Shown here: piece by piece, positions 62,936-64,000 of the stretch
Layout: each line of letters opens with the position of its first letter
Numbering within the stretch: position 1 is the stretch's first letter
Source of the DNA: Cirrosporium novae-zelandiae
Taxonomy: Eukaryota
Assembly: GCA_026023565.1 (NCBI GenBank)
Contig: JAPETS010000038.1
Span: 62,001 to 126,000 of the forward strand
Reading direction: 5' to 3'
Length of the DNA stretch: 64,000 bases
The notes under the pieces: model-generated
Told to the model about the DNA's origin: nothing
What the model saw: the letters and a program-made list of their open reading frames with translations, nothing else
The model's database searches: none
Program-made: the position numbers and the translations under genes

Positions 62936-63971
62936 ATGTCGACCAGTGCCACCAAGCGAAAAGCTGCTGACCTAGCTAAGGATGATGTAAAGAAACCCAA
63001 GGCCAATAGCAGCATTACCTCTTTCTTTAAACCACCAAAGACCGATTCCCCTAGCGCTAGTGGCACCCAGGCAACGTTTCGTTTCAACAAGGAGAAGTGG
63101 GTGGCAACGCTCACTGACGAGCAGAAAGATCTATTGAAACTTGAGATTGCAACGCTACATGAGAGCTGGCTATCACACTTAAAGGATGAGCTTATAACCA
63201 AAGAATTCCTAGAATTGAAGAGATTCTTGAGGAAAGAACAAGAGTCTGGTCAGACAATCTTCCCACCAGCAGAAGATGTTTACAGCTGGTATGATTAGCT
63301 ATAACCCCTATTCGGCGACATCCTAGTATTGACTTTTTCGCTTCTAGGTCAAGACATACACCATTTAATACCGTCAAAGTCGTCATTATTGGACAAGATC
63401 CATATCACAATATCAATCAGGCGCATGGCATGTGCTTCTCTGTCCGCCCACCTACTCCTGCTCCACCCTCCCTGAAGAACATCTACAAAGCCATCAAGAT
63501 CGACTATCCAGAATTCAAGCCTCCACCCAAGAATGGTGGTCTGCTCACTCCTTGGGCTGACCGAGGTGTCCTCCTTCTCAATACTTGTTTGACTGTAAGA
63601 GCCCACCAGGCCAACAGTCATTCTAACAGGGGATGGGAGAGGTTTACACAGAAAGTCATCGATATTGTGGCGAAAATGAGAACGAGGGGTGTAGTCTTCT
63701 TGGCTTGGGGTACTCCGGCAGGAAAGAGGGTTGTAAAAGTTGACAAGGCGAGACATTGTGTCCTACAGAGTGTCCATCCTAGCCCATTGAGTGCTGAAAG
63801 AGGATTTGTATGTGACCTTGTTGTACACAATATACCATATATGATGCTAACTCTTTCCAGTTCACATCCCACCATTTCAAAAAGGCCAATGATTGGCTGA
63901 AAGAGCGATATGGTGATAATAGTGAGATCGATTGGAGTCTTGACGCCCCTGCCAAGGCAGAAGTGAAATGA
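62936..63971 (+). CDS. UNG1: Uracil-DNA glycosylase (family 1)
   Basis: VKVVIIGQDPYH, QAHGMCFSV, PPSLKNIY, GVLLLNTCLTVRAH.ANSH...GWE.FT and SVHPSPLSA. Two introns. Confidence 0.97.
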
Positions 63972-64000
63972 AAACTTAAAAGTTTTGTCATGATTTTTCG

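Overview
Eukaryotic DNA from a filamentous ascomycete (Pezizomycotina-like: short introns with CTRAC branch points, a dispersed 5S rRNA gene, microsatellite-rich spacers). The left ~15 kb is accessory-like. It holds a sulfite oxidase-family gene (5' part outside the window), a solitary 5S rRNA gene, a ~90-bp diverged direct repeat with C/D-box-like motifs, an alpha/beta-hydrolase-NB-ARC(-TPR) NLR-like pseudogene with RIP-like stops, an orphan ORF and an N/Q-rich tandem CCCH protein. From 15 to 58 kb lie housekeeping genes: MSS51, RSE1 (with an intronic snR41/SNORD62-like snoRNA), GTR2, a cytochrome b5-like steroid-binding protein, RPS25, ARP4, PDI1, GRH1, TGS1, TAF1, MED14, ATG22 and two hypothetical proteins. 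The right end has the best candidate for an undescribed system: a DHA1-type MFS transporter, an intronless COG0212/MTHFSD-type 5-formyl-THF cyclo-ligase paralog and an intronless Zn deaminase around a GATA-rich divergent promoter, next to UNG1. All calls come from motif recognition by eye with no database searches, and exon boundaries are inferred from splice signals.
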